From: Adineta vaga
Taxonomy: Eukaryota; Animalia; Rotifera
DNA length: 64,000 nucleotides
Direction: 5' to 3'
Assembly: GCA_021613535.1 (NCBI GenBank)
Contig: CP075495.1
Location: 5,022,001 to 5,086,000, forward strand
A program made the translations under genes and the position numbers. Below are positions 37,802 to 51,076 of this stretch, in pieces. Position 1 is the stretch's first letter, and each line of letters starts with the position of its first letter. The notes beneath the pieces are model-generated. The model made no database searches, was not told the DNA's origin, and saw nothing but the letters and a program-made list of their open reading frames with translations.

Positions 37802-40800
37802 TTATTTCGTTAATAAGGATGAATAGATTGCTGAGAGTGCTTGTTGAAAATCTGCATTGTTTTCATATGCAATAAGTTCATTGGATGATTGAAGTTTTTC
37901 ACGTGATGGAATTAAATTATATTTATCAAGATTTTCTTCTAGAAAACAAAACAATTCGTAAGAGATTATTCGACAAGAGAGAATATTCAGCAACTTACGT
38001 TTGATATAATCGAATAATTGACTGAGAAGTGTTTTGGCATTACATGATAATGGATCAACTGAATTACCTATTGGTTTAAGAGGATCAATGAGAAGTGCTT
38101 GAGCAAATATAAATAAACGAAGTTGATCAAAATCTGGATTAGTCTATCATATGAAAAAAATACAATATATATATATATATGAAATTCGAGATTGAAAATG
38201 AATAGAATAAAATCACAACTATAATTTGATAAGATTACATGGCTTTTCATCTAGATCTAGGAAGACGTTGTAGATTGTGTTCTTCTATTTTCTCAGAAGT
38301 GTAAACACCGGAAATAGAACGATGCATTTGACATTTCATGATATATGAAGAATCTGTTTCTAATGTATACACATACCATGTTCATTTTAGATTACTAATT
38401 ATCATGAGTAATGGAAATCTTTTCAGTTTAGATTAAAAGTCATGTCATTTACTTTTCTTTGTCTCTATTAAATTTTACAAATGAGATTAGAGATGATAGT
38501 TTTACCTCCATTTGAGAAAGAATTTTCAATGCACTACAATAACGTTGTAATAATGATTGAGATGTATTTTTCTTTAATACTAAATTCTAAAATGAAAACA
38601 TTTGACTTTATTTTTTCTTTTCTTTTTTATGAAGAAATTTCCAACTTTAATCATATCTTTTGAACTAATTAGTAATTGTTTTAATCGTTCATTTTCATCC
38701 AACTAGAAGACGTAAAAATCAAAATAATTATATGTTTTATTATAAACTAATTACTTACATTCGATAATAAATCAAGTCGTTGTTGACAAAGATTTTCTTC
38801 ATTTTCAATGAATCGTAAACGTAATTTAATTGCTTCAGCATTTCGAATTTCGTTATGACTACTTGCTAATAATGCAAATTTGCTGATAGCTAAAAGAGTC
38901 TATGAAAAAGAACAGAAGAATACATCAATGAAATACTTATATTAAAGAATTTACTTGACGTTTGCCAATTGTTTCAGGAACTAGTTGTAATGTTGATAAT
39001 GATGCCTAGAAATAAAGATATCTGATAAGTTTTAAAATTGAATCGATTGATTCGTCTTACATTTTCATAATCACGTTTTTTTATATCAACCATCCATGCA
39101 TATTCTGGTTTGGATTTTAAATAACGTTGAACAGATCTTAAATCAAAATATTCTTCTTGAAATAGAACAGATATTGCTGATTTTGATCGAAGATATTCAT
39201 CAAATATGATCATAAACTAAATAAATACAATGAAAAGAAAAGTTATAGATCAATAGATGTTTACTTTATCTCCAAATTGTTCAATATAAGTTCGTAATTG
39301 TTCAACATCTTTTAATTCATCACAGATTTCAATTAATGCTGGATAATCTTCAAATTCTTCAGCTAATTGTTTACCTTTGGGAAATTCTTTTAATTTAACT
39401 ACGAGACAAAGAAAAATCAGCGATAATTAAATGAGAAAAATCAAAATCAAATTTTACTAAAAATTTTTATTAATGAAGTTCGTGTTTGTTTATAATTAAT
39501 CCATGGTCTTTGTTCGCCACCATTATTTAAATCATTATCTGAATAAAGATCGCATATATACAAACGATATTCTTCAAGAATATGATAAATAAGACGAGAT
39601 ATCATTGTTATTAAACGTTCACGAACTTCACGTGATTCACATAATTCTAAAACTTGTTCGAAATGTTGAGTACACTAAATAAGAGAAGAAGAAAATAAAA
39701 TAATTCTTTATCCTATATTTGACATAACAAATACACTGAATCACAACTCTTGCAATTCAATATTCACGTATATAACTGTTGATTCATTGCATTAAATCTC
39801 AATTCAGTTAGTTCTGATCTTGCTTACATGAAGAATGTATAAATCATTAAGATTTTGTTCATATAAAATCCATGGTTGACAAATAATTGATTGTGTATAA
39901 GTTTCATCATCAATTGGATTCGATGATATAGCAGATTCTTGTTCATGTTCTTGACGATATATTTGTATACTATCAAATGCAATTAATAACAAACGTGTAG
40001 CTTCTTCGTACGATTGTATTTCAATTGTACGACTTGTTTCAATAACACCAAGAACTATAGTTGTTAATACTTCCGAAATATGTGAAATCTTAAGAATGAA
40101 AATTGTTTTTTTTTTGTATTATTTCTATAGACATTTTAGTTTACTTGATTTTGTCGAGATGTCGAACGATATGCTGCTTGTAAGTAAAGAGATTGTCTAG
40201 AAAGAAAAACAAAAACATGCATAGAAGACGAAATATTCCAAGAGGAAATAACAAACTGGCTTGCTTGAGCAAATGCTTTAGCACATTGTAATTTCTCACC
40301 AAATTGTTGTAAAATTTGTTTAGTACGATAAATTCCATTATTAAAATGTGCAACATAAAGCTAAGAAGAAAACAAATCGTATATTGCATATAGAAGTTTT
40401 CTATTTACTTTATTCCAAACACTAATTAATTTGAGAAAGGAAAAATAATAATTAAAAATATCTCCTTTTTTTCCTAATTGTCTTGTCAGATCATTTGTTT
40501 CTAAATTAAAATATTAACTAAACAATTTCTCGAACAATCTTTTATTTCGAACCTTGTAAAGATGGATCATCAATAATAAACATTCCAAATTGTACAATAA
40601 TATCATCTAATTGATTTGTATCGATTGTATTTATAAAACGTCGAAATAATTCAACTGCACCACCCTATTGTTTAAATTCTTTTATTATTGAAAACTAAAG
40701 AAATAATTTATTCTTACAGGATCATTTCGAATTAGAAAGGAATGAAATGAATTAATCATTGGTTGATACGGATCATTCGTTGTTGTTTTCGAAAGTAAAC

Positions 40801-42868
40801 TTCGAACAAAAATCAAATCTTATTTCATATTGTTTTTCTTTCTTTTTTTTTTACTTTGTCATTAAATCTTGACCACGAGGTGTGATTAAACCTTGTACAT
40901 GACAAAAAAGTAATAAACGCTGTGCACATAAACCACTTCCTAATATAGTTTCATCTATATTCGAAAAACTTGCACGAAGTAATACGGAATAATCAGGACC
41001 GGTATAAATAAAAGCATCCTTTTTTGTATGAACTAATATAGCCGGTTGATTTGGTACGGCAAATATTCTTACACGTGGTTTGACAATAATTTCATCTAAC
41101 TGTATATAAAAAAAGAGAATTGTACATAAAGAAATGTTGATGATGATAGAATATGAAAAATACTCGAATATTAAGATGATTTGCAAGAAAAACTATGGTA
41201 ACAAGTTGAACACCTGTATGATTTAATGAAAATATGCCTAATAAGAAGAAAAAAAGAAACGAAAGAATGAAGAAAGATTCATTTAAAATCATGCTTACCT
41301 AACATTAATCGGTAATCTTGTGTACTATGATGGATAGCAAGAACATAAATTGTTTCTCTAAAATAATTAAAATATCTCTCCATTATTTAGTTTAATCGTG
41401 AATTTCATACTGTGTAACACTCAATGAAATACATGAGACATTTCGATCATGTTCAATGGATTTCTAAATGAAAAGAATTTCTATTTTTTAGATAAGAATA
41501 TTTATCATCTACAAACATGATCTTTCATGGTTTCATTAGCAAATATCTCTTGAAGATCCAATGAATATACTAACTAAAATAAATAATAATTGTATTCATT
41601 TGAAATGAAGTAAAATAAGAAATACTTGAATATCATTTTCTGCTAAATACCAAAAGTATAAATGTTTATCGGTCAATGAAATTAAATCAACATTCATTGT
41701 GCTTGTAGTTTGTGTTGATGTATCATTTTTTAATGAATGCAAGTAACGAAGAATTTCATTATCTTTCATTTGACGACTGGTACCAAATAACATGGATTTA
41801 ATACCAAAACCAATGGATGAAAGTAAAGATGAAGATGTTGGACGAATGTACGCCTTATTTTTTTTCGAACATTATACATCGAAAAATTATGTTTAACCTT
41901 CAAACTCACCTTATTACATAGTGCATTACATGGAATGGTATATAATCTTCCTGAATATGAACCACAAACACAAATATCATCCTAGAAATGTTTATGTTTT
42001 AAGATTATTTATCTTTCGCAAATTACTTTGAAATGACATAATAGTTCAATTTGATCAAATTCTAATTTAACATCATAATAATCATTTGGACGAACAATCG
42101 TACGCCAATAACGAGCATAACCATCACAAGTAATAACTAAACATGAACAGGAATCATTATCATCAGCATTTATAGAAAATAATTCCATTAGATTCGCTTG
42201 TTGACCAAGTGCACATTCAGGTAATTTAAGTTCTTGATGAATAACTACATCCTGAATGTATAGTAGATGAATACACATATTTGTGTCACATATTGATATA
42301 CTTACAGTAATACGATTTGAACTAGAAGCAAGCCAAACATAAGCTGTTTGACCTGAGACAAGCCAACAATAACCATTACGAGAAAATCGAGCACTTAGTA
42401 AAGAAACATCTATTGAAAAGAGAACAATTTTAGTAAATAATCGTTTTTATATGATGAAATTTGTCGGATTCAAAGATCAAGATCAAGATCAGACACAGAG
42501 AGACTATAGAAAACTAGTTAGGAGACCTCGAGTTCACGCTAGAAAATCTCTCTTTATAATCTTTAAGTATTATCTACATTGTTATATTTTCATAAATAAT
42601 CTTAACATAAGAAAGATGATTCCTATCAATACAATATTTCTGTACAACCTGTCGTATGATTGAGTGCTCCACGAACAGATGCTGGTAACTTTGATGAATA
42701 TTGTTCGAATGGCGAATTGGCTGATGCTGATGATAACTGGAAACCAGCTGATATCATCGATCGTTGTCGAGATCTACAGATGACATATTATAGCAAACAA
42801 TAAGAAAAAGTTTCATTGTCATCTCACCGATCATTTAAAAATGAAAGATCATTTGTTGATAGATTCAT
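37802..42868 (-). CDS. NUP133: nucleoporin Nup133, ~23 exons, intact
   Basis: Phase-checked splicing from MNLSTND to SSLLTK*. N-terminal propeller-type motifs (KLPASVRGAL, GYCWLVSGQTAYVW, DGYARYW); helical C-half FGEKLQCA, LAEEFEDYPALIEICDE, PEYAWM, TLLAISKFALLA. Confidence 0.85.
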
Positions 42869-42996
42869 ATCTTTATTTTTCTATCTGCAAATTTAAAAAA
42901 TATGCTTTATTTTTATTATCAATAGAAAAAAAAGGAAAGACAATCTTAGCACCGGTTAGATTTTTATTCTTTCGAAAAACGAAAAATGAAACTGTT

Positions 42997-43578
42997 TTAA
43001 AGCGATTGTTTTTGAATAGCATCAAAAACCATACGAAAATCTCCCATTAGACTAAATGTTGGATAAATAAATGTTGCTGGTTTGTTATTTTCAAAAAAGA
43101 AATGACCAATCCAAGCAAAACTATATCCCAGGAGAAGTGGTAACAAGACTTTTGTAAAGGATCGTGTAATTAATTTACCACCAAGAAAATAAACTATCAA
43201 AAATATACCCATTTCACCTAAACCATTCGATAAATGACGAAAGAATGGCATCACAGAATAAGCAGATAGACCACCAGCTAGTATAGGAAATAAAACCGTT
43301 GGATTCATTAACATGTAAAGTACGAAAAGTGTTGTACCAACATAATGCCATAATCGAGTTGATGTTTGACTATGTTCACGAATATAATGTGGATAGAATT
43401 GTTCGAATGTTTCATATGGTTTCTTTGATGATATGCTTTTTGAAAGATAATCATTCAATGGTGGTGAATTACGTGTTTGAATTATAACACTTGCTAGAAT
43501 AATAACAAGCGTACAAAATAGACCACCATACACTAATGAATGACTCTGTTGTTTATTGGCACGAGTTTTACTAGTCAT
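42997..43578 (-). CDS. DUF962 (Mpo1-like) membrane protein with an extra N-terminal TM segment, intronless CDS; HGT candidate
   Basis: YETFEQFYPHYIREHS, RLWHYVGT and GYSFAWIGHFFFENNKPATFIYPTFSLMGDFRM are hallmark motifs of short DUF962 proteins. Confidence 0.9.
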   Translation of the reverse strand: MTSKTRANKQQSHSLVYGGLFCTLVIILASVIIQTRNSPPLNDYLSKSISSKKPYETFEQFYPHYIREHSQTSTRLWHYVGTTLFVLYMLMNPTVLFPILAGGLSAYSVMPFFRHLSNGLGEMGIFLIVYFLGGKLITRSFTKVLLPLLLGYSFAWIGHFFFENNKPATFIYPTFSLMGDFRMVFDAIQKQSL

Positions 43579-44204
43579 TGTTAATCTGAAAGATAATGAA
43601 TTTATTACTTTTTGTTTTTGACTCTATCAAGTCATTCAAAATTGGGTAAATCAAAAAAGACGTTTGTTCTTTCGCTCATATAAAATAACTAAATTGACAA
43701 TTTCATCTTGTCATCAAATCGTACGAAGTCATACTTTTATCATCGACCTTTGTTACTCGTTTAAAAACCTAAACGATAAATAGAAATATGTTGATATCTT
43801 ATCTTGAAAACTTCATGTGAAATCTGTTACTTAAAAAAATGAAGTTAATACTGAGCAAAGTTGAATCCACCAATCCATAATGTATCTGATATAAATACAA
43901 AGGAAACGACTTTCAACAGGTGTCGTTACCAATCATGACGAATAAATGCGGAAACTTCGGATTTTATCCGAAAGTTATGTGTACTGAAAAAAGTGAATGA
44001 GAAAGATGAACCATTCTAGAATGTCTACGCATCAAAATGAGCACGAGAAATTTTTCGATGAGCAACATTACTGATGATTTATTTTTGAATAAATTTTTGT
44101 GTTTGAATCTATCGGAATAACGGTCATCTGTAACCTCATGGATCTATAAGAGATCTATGATACATACACATATCAGCATTTTCATAATACATTATCAATA
44201 TCAA

Positions 44205-44500
44205 ATAGGGTATGGATGTGAGTCAGGCTATACTCTTAAGCTACACCCATCCACACCCTCAGGAGGGAAAAAACCTGTATCCTCCTGAGGCATGATCTGG
44301 CCAATAACGACAATTTTTTCGATAACTCAGCCATTCCTCGAGAGATCATTCTGACCTTCGAACTAGACCGAGGTATTGATGAGACCATTATCCGCACCAA
44401 CTTTCAGCTCAATCGATTATAGTTTTGAAGAGTTATCGAATAAACGGCTGGATGGTTGGACATACTGACCAATTCTAACAGTATAATCAGTTTTTGAGTA
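44205..44500. mobile_element. non-autonomous Helentron-associated (HINE/DINE-like) or MITE-like element
   Basis: GC-enriched island with hairpin cctcaggagg/cctcctgagg (44257-44290), imperfect hairpin 44208-44258, 11-bp IR ttcgataactc/gagttatcgaa, a core cttcgaactagaccgaggtattgat...accaactttcagctcaatcg, and a degenerate (GGAC)-like tract. Confidence 0.55.
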
Positions 44501-44700
44501 CACTAAAAACGTAATCTGTATTTCCGGTTATTCAATAGATAGAATTCGATTAAAATTGTATTGCCTTATAGAATACAAAAAAGCTAAGAATTCAAAATAT
44601 TGCACGATACGTTCATATCACAATACTCTAAAGAAAAGTAAATAATTTAATCACACAAATATGAACTAAGAGAAAAAGTTCATTGAATAAAAGTGATGAA

Positions 44701-47369
44701 TTATGGTGGTGAACATTTATTTCCTCGGCCATGTCGTTTTGTTGCTAGTTTTGTCTTTCGATAAATATCACTACTAAGTGGACTTTCTAATAAAGCTCGA
44801 ATAAATAATCCACCCATTACTGGTCGTGCACGAAAACCAAGAACATGACCATTTGCTGCATTATAAAAATCACTGAAAGGTACACGATCTGGTGATTCAT
44901 TAGCAAATTTATATAATTTTTCGAAGATTGCATCTTTTTCTTGTGGATTATCATTGAATGCAGCTACCCATGATGTCCAATCTGCTTTTGTTAAATTTGA
45001 ACGTGAATCAAGTGGAATACCGAAATCGAGCATTTTTGTCATATAATAACTTGATTCTAATCGAGCAGCATCCGATGGAAATAGATTTAACGATAAAATT
45101 GACTGATAAATCAAATTATATTTTTGTGACCATGTATTTGGTAAATCATATTGAAGACGATAGTTGTTTGTATCACGTGCAGTTTTCAACCAATAGTTCG
45201 CTTTTGAATTGAAAATTAAAATTTACAAAACAAAATTAAAAATTGATTCTTATTTGGATGACTTACCATGATTTTGTGCTTGATTCATGTATATGGTCGA
45301 ACGTTGAGTTTGACCAGTAGTATTCAAAAGAATTGCATAGGCACCTAAACCTAATATACCTTTCAATGCTAAATTGCAATTATGTGGTGATGGTCCTTCC
45401 TAGAATGAATACATATCGAAGTTTCACAGAAAACTAAAGTTACATACAAAATCATCGGTACAAAGTTGATTTCCTGGATCCGGTAATGTACTATTAAGAT
45501 ATTGTGCCCAAATTTCCATAACTTCCCAATATGGTTGAAGAAAATCAGTTTGATCCAACTTTTGAACAATACCAGCTAACATTAATAACATATTTGCTGA
45601 TTCTTCCATTGGCATTTGTTCTTGTTCTTCTGACAAAATATCACAAACTGACCAAGTTCCTCTAAAAACAAGACAATCAAGTTAGCTTTCAATTTGACAA
45701 CGAAATTTTTTCAATTTACAAATGATGCGGTGCCCATGGAAGATTATAATGAATATCAGTTTCATTATTTGCATAAGCAAGTACTGGTAAAACAACATCA
45801 CGCAACATTTCGGGATGTAGCCAAAGAAAGAATGGTGATGAAGGGAAAATAACATCAACTGTACTAACATCACCATCAGATGAGATTTCTTTCATATATA
45901 ATTGTGAACGATTTTGTTTCACTGACCATGTTCGTGTTAATGATCCAGTTATTTGTCGTGTTACAAGTGAACCAAGTAAAGAATAATGATCTCCACCGAT
46001 ATTACTTAATAATGATATTAATAATTCATTTGAATCGGTTATATCAGCCATATTTGATTCATAATATGAGGCAGCTTCAGTGACTAATGCTGTAACATTA
46101 TTATCGAAATCTGCACGCCAACAAGGTGGTTGCCATTCTTCGAAATATAACATTGAGTAGAGATCATCATAGAGAAAGATTAAATAATTGGATACAACTT
46201 TAGATGTGACTTGATCGAAATTAATAACAAATGCTGATGCAGGTGATTGATCATTAGCATGACGTGGTTTTCGCATATCATCACTAGGCATCGGTTGATG
46301 ATTAGCAAATGCTTGACGAAGATTATCACCGAAACCTTGATATCCATTCGTTGAACTTTTCTGAGCATTAACTAAATGTGCATATCCCCAATTATTTCGT
46401 TCTGCATCACCACGTATACCAAATGGAATTTGAGTATAAGCATTCATTGTTAAAATAGTTAGATCACCATCTATTCGACTCCAATAAACTTTTTCATTCT
46501 TATCATTAACACCAACCGTTGGACCTTCTTCAAAATAAACTCGAACATTATGCTTTTTTCCATCTATTGAACGAACATTAAATGTAATGTATGTAAATGG
46601 ATCTTCGATGGATGTTGGTTGACTAAATGTTAAAACTAATTCAACAGTATTTGTTGGGGTTGTGAATGTATAGATAGTACGCCATGGTTGAACAACTAAT
46701 TTATTTTGAATTAAAGCTGGAACTGCTGAGGGTGTTGTGCCAAGAAAACGATAAACTTGTGAATTATCGATATCGATTAAACCATGGAAAGGAACTGGTG
46801 CTCCACTCCAATGAACAGTGTCGGCATCAGTCAGATTATTGGCAAAAGACCAAACTAGAAAGGAAAGCAAATAGAAAATTGAAGGACATAGTTTAAAGAA
46901 AAAATGAACTCTGAAGTATTCTCTGATGCAAATATTGGAAACTTCTCAAAAGTATCAAAGGAAATTTTGTATGAAGCAGTCGACTGTTCTTTTTTTTCCT
47001 CCGTTATCGATTTTCGTATATGCGCTCTTGCGGCATCTGCCTTTCTTGATAATATCTTTATTCGTTTCGTATCTTATCAGTGATTCGAAATAAACAAAAA
47101 AGAATAGAAGCAAACTATTGGATAAAATCAAATAATCACCTATATAAAATCCGAAATATACTGTCTTTATCGTTAGTTATTTACTACCTCAATTTCAACG
47201 AAAAGGTATAGTTGTAACACATTTATTTTTTAATGATTATAGAGATGACTCACTTGATATATGAACTAAAGACGAACAATGGTACAGCCGGTGGACGAAA
47301 ATCACCTGGATCACCATTCGTTTTTGTTAGAACAAACGCAATAAAGAAAAAGAATAGTAATTGTTTCAT
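44701..47369 (-). CDS. gtaA: secreted glutaminase A (GtaA; DUF4964/DUF5127/DUF4965/DUF1793), fungal/bacterial type, 5 exons; HGT candidate
   Basis: Signal peptide MKQLLFFFFIAFVLTKTNG; RPPAVPL; MKEISSDGDVSTVDVIFP; WAPHHLGTW; MPMEESANML; NQLCTDDF; NLALKGILG; TWSQKYNL; GIPLDSRS; KADW; FRARPVMGG. Confidence 0.93.
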
Positions 47370-47599
47370 ACTACTTATTTAGAAAAAAAATGATATAATA
47401 TCTAAAAGAAAGTAAACATGTTATTATTTATTTACAAAATAGTGAGAATGAAAACGAAAGAAGAAATAAACACATGAAACTATATATAGATAATATTTTT
47501 ACAATCGTAACTTCTCAAAAGGTGTCACTTGATTCTTGTCTTTCAAACTTTATTTGTATTCTTTCTTATCATAATAGATTTATACTGTTCTATTTATTC

Positions 47600-49335
47600 A
47601 TGTCTAATCAAATAATTGGTATCAATTTTTCTATAAAAAATTTCTTTTTTAAATTATAGTTTCTTTTCTCTTAGTACAACCTGCTATTTTACCAGCGAAT
47701 CAATTGCTTCAACGACATTTGAATTCATCTGTTTTCTTAACCAACAATGTTTGGAAAATAGCCTTTTCACCATGCTCACAATATTTAGCTATTCCTAAAC
47801 AGGATATCTATGGTGGTAATTGTGTTTTAGTTCTTCGATGTTCAGATTGGAATACGAAGGATCTTAATAATACTGATTTATGTGTATATCAACGTTTCAA
47901 TTGTACATCAGCTATTTGGTCATTAGCATTTGGTCAACGAAGATTTGACTGGAATTCGTCATGTCAACCAACATTATTGAATCAAAATTTTCTAACAACA
48001 CCCAAAACACGACGAGAATTATTGAATCGACGTCGTTCAAGTGCATCATTTGTTAATCGTAGATATGATTTTACAAATAATTTGTTTCTAGCTGCTGGTT
48101 TAGCAGATGGAAAAATTAATATTTGGAATATTAACTCAGGAGAATTAACACTAATACTTAAAGATCATGGATCAACTGTATGTGGATTAGATTTTACGTC
48201 ATGTACAATGCAATTAGCAACATGTTCACATGATACAACGATTAAACTATGGGATTTACTTGATGATGGTAGGATATGAGAACTAACCATTTTTACTCAA
48301 CTTATTAGAGAATACTCATATAAGAAAAGTCTAATATCAATCTTAATTTTTGAACTTAATTCTATAAGTGGAATTTGTCTACTTCGATGATCAAACTTGA
48401 ATCTGTTTATATTTATATTAAATTTCTCTTCTGTTGTGTTTATTTATAATTTGAAGTAGACGCGATACACCAGTTAAAAAAGATGTATTTTATAGTGACA
48501 TCTTTTTTTTAAATTTTATTTTTCATCGTTTAGGAAATATGTATAAAACATTAAGTGAATGGACTCATGTCATTAATGCTGTCAAATGGTCACCTGATGA
48601 AACACTTTTATGTGCTGTAGGTCCATATGGACTAGTTGTTTTGTATGATACAACGTCATGGGAACAATTATATAAATTCGAAGGGCATTTACATAGTGTT
48701 GGAGATTGTGCTTTTTCTTCTGATAGGTATATTTCATGTTCATTTTCATGATTAATAATTTTTTTCGTTCAGTGCTCTGTTAGCAACAGCTTCCTATGAT
48801 ACACAAGTGATATTATGGTCGACAATAACTGGGGAAATTATCAAAATCTTTGCACATAAAATTCCTATGCCATTAAAAATCTATGCTGGTGGTGATAATG
48901 GTGCATTTGTACGATCGATTGCGATTACGAAATACAATCATATTTTAATTACTGCATGTGATGATAAGTAAAAACTTCAATATCAATTGTTTGTATAATA
49001 TATCAGCATTAATGTTTTGTTTTAGTAAGATACGATGGTTTCCTCTAACATCAAATCGATCATCACAAATGATCTATGAACGAACTGAAGCAAATATTCT
49101 TTGTGTTGCAATAACAACGAATGGAGAAACAATGGCAGTTAGTAATCGAAATGGTGAAGTACATCTCTTATCAACTCTTTCAACAGCAGGTATATGTCAA
49201 CCAATATTATTAAAATCTTTTTGTCGATTATTAATCAATCATTCTTGTGGCGCTCATCGAAAAGAAATCTTGAATTTACCTTTATCACAACATTTAATTA
49301 AATATCTTGTTTATCAAGATATTAAAATACGATAA
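47600..49335 (+). CDS. WSB1: WD repeat and SOCS box-containing protein, 5 exons
   Basis: IWSLAFG, LAAGLADGKINIWN, LATCSHDTTIKLWDLLDDGNMYKTL, EGHLHSVGDCAFSSDSALLATASYDT, IYAGGDNG; SOCS box LKSFCRLLIN...LPLSQHLIKYLVY. Confidence 0.93.
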
Positions 49336-49528
49336 ACGATATCGACAAATGTTTATTCTTCTTATTCTTTTTTGTCTTCGTGTATATAAGTTTTCAACGC
49401 TATTCTGTTTATTTTGTCGTCATTTCTCTACTGATACAGTGGAAGAATGTTAAAGACTATTGAAGTCAAAGATGTTAATATTATTTATAATAAAAACGAA
49501 CAAATACATGTTTGTTTGAAAAAAGAGA

Positions 49529-50394
49529 TTATAGTTCTATTGTTGGTACACGTAAAGATGAATCATGTCGTGAAATAATGAATAATTTACGTCCCTGACG
49601 ACAGGCGATTACACATGCAAATACATAACTAACAATGGATGTTAAAAGTAATCCATAGGCAAAACGATATAATATTGGATTACAATAATCAGTTCGATAT
49701 GCATATGTATATTGAACTTCAGTCCAAACTCTAAATACCCAAATACAACCAGTAATAAACCAGCCACAAAGAAAAACTAGGAAACAAATGAGAACGAGAA
49801 ACATACCACAAAGACCACAGCTAACTGGAAGACTAGGAGTTCGTACATCTTTGGCTTTTAACTGTGATGTTACGTATAATACTGATAGAACGAAAATAAT
49901 AGCTAATAAGATTGTCGAAAGTCCAGCAATACCAGCAACAAGTAGATAATGAGGTATGTACCAATTCATTGGACATTCATCAGCATAACGTCGACCAACA
50001 ATGAGTTGTAAAACTAAATATTTATTTTAAATGATGATCAGATAAATAGAAAATCAACACATATACACAACTTACTTGGAACAAGAGATACAATACCAGT
50101 AACAACTAGTACAAAAGTTGATCCAAAAAGAAGAGATCTCAATGAAGATTTGACATTTTTAACAGGCAGTGGTAATTTACTTGTTTTTGTTGGTTTTAAT
50201 CTTGTTAAATCTTTGTAGATAAGATTATTGCCTTCTGTTCCTATTGAATTTGTTATATCGTTACTAGAAATTTTTCCTACCGATGGTACCGAATTCAGAG
50301 TTAAAGGTTGCTCAGCAACAAGAACACTTGATTCAGTGTGTTTCTTTTCTACATGATTATTTGTTTGTTCGATAGTAGTAGTATTCGTCGACAT
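49529..50394 (-). CDS. TMEM272-like four-TM protein, 2 exons
   Basis: ECPMNWYIPHYLLVAG, GWFITGCIWVF and YCNPILYRFA pattern; the intron a|gtaagt...tttag|tt joins the two ORFs. Confidence 0.75.
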
Positions 50395-50719
50395 TGTTTC
50401 GTAAGATTACAAAAGTGAACTACTTACGATCACAAACAAAATGAAGGCTATCGAGCAGATTTCGTTTTACTACAAATAAAGGGTAACAGTTTTTTTTCTT
50501 TTTCGTCGATGTACACTCAAGATCACTTTTTTTATTTACTTTCCTCTGTAAAACAGGTGGGCTTTTTTTTCTAGTAACAAATTCAATAAAACTTCAATTC
50601 TTTTTTTCCCTTGTAAAATGTCCTGTAAATAATAGTATGTTATGTCACGATGAATAGTTTTGAAAAATTTCTATGTTGGAAAGAAAATTTTCTTTTATTT
50701 AAATTGATTTTAAACTATG

Positions 50720-51076
50720 TTACAAATCGGAATCATCATAGTCAAGAAAATTTGTTTTATCATTGGGATCATTATGTTTTAAAAGTTGAAGTATAATACT
50801 ATAAGATCGAAGTAGAATTTCACGTTCTCGTTCTAATTTTTGAATATACTGTTGAAGTTCATCGATTATCATTGATTCAGATTTAATAGTTGAATGAAAT
50901 GTATTGATTGAAATACGACGAGTTGTTAGAAGATCAATTGAATTTGTTGGATTTCGAGATAGAATTGATGTTGGACGATGTGGAATAGTTGGTGATAGCG
51001 TAGGTATATCACTAGCAAGAATCACATGTAAACGATCGATACGATCCAATAAATCTTGGGTTGGCGATGAAGACAT
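50720..51076 (-). CDS. hypothetical 118-aa protein with a short coiled coil
   Basis: Single-exon ORF with host codon usage; heptad ELQQYIQKLEREREIL. Confidence 0.6.
   Translation of the reverse strand: MSSSPTQDLLDRIDRLHVILASDIPTLSPTIPHRPTSILSRNPTNSIDLLTTRRISINTFHSTIKSESMIIDELQQYIQKLEREREILLRSYSIILQLLKHNDPNDKTNFLDYDDSDL

Noticed and set aside
38453-38464. Possible 12-nt Nup133 microexon
   Set aside because: It needs a 41-nt intron and is not required; direct splicing from ~38506 to ~38146 is already in frame.
42750-42830. Apparent frameshift or early stop after an ATG near the Nup133 start
   Set aside because: Explained by a 54-nt intron (gtgaga...ctgtag); the real start is 42868.
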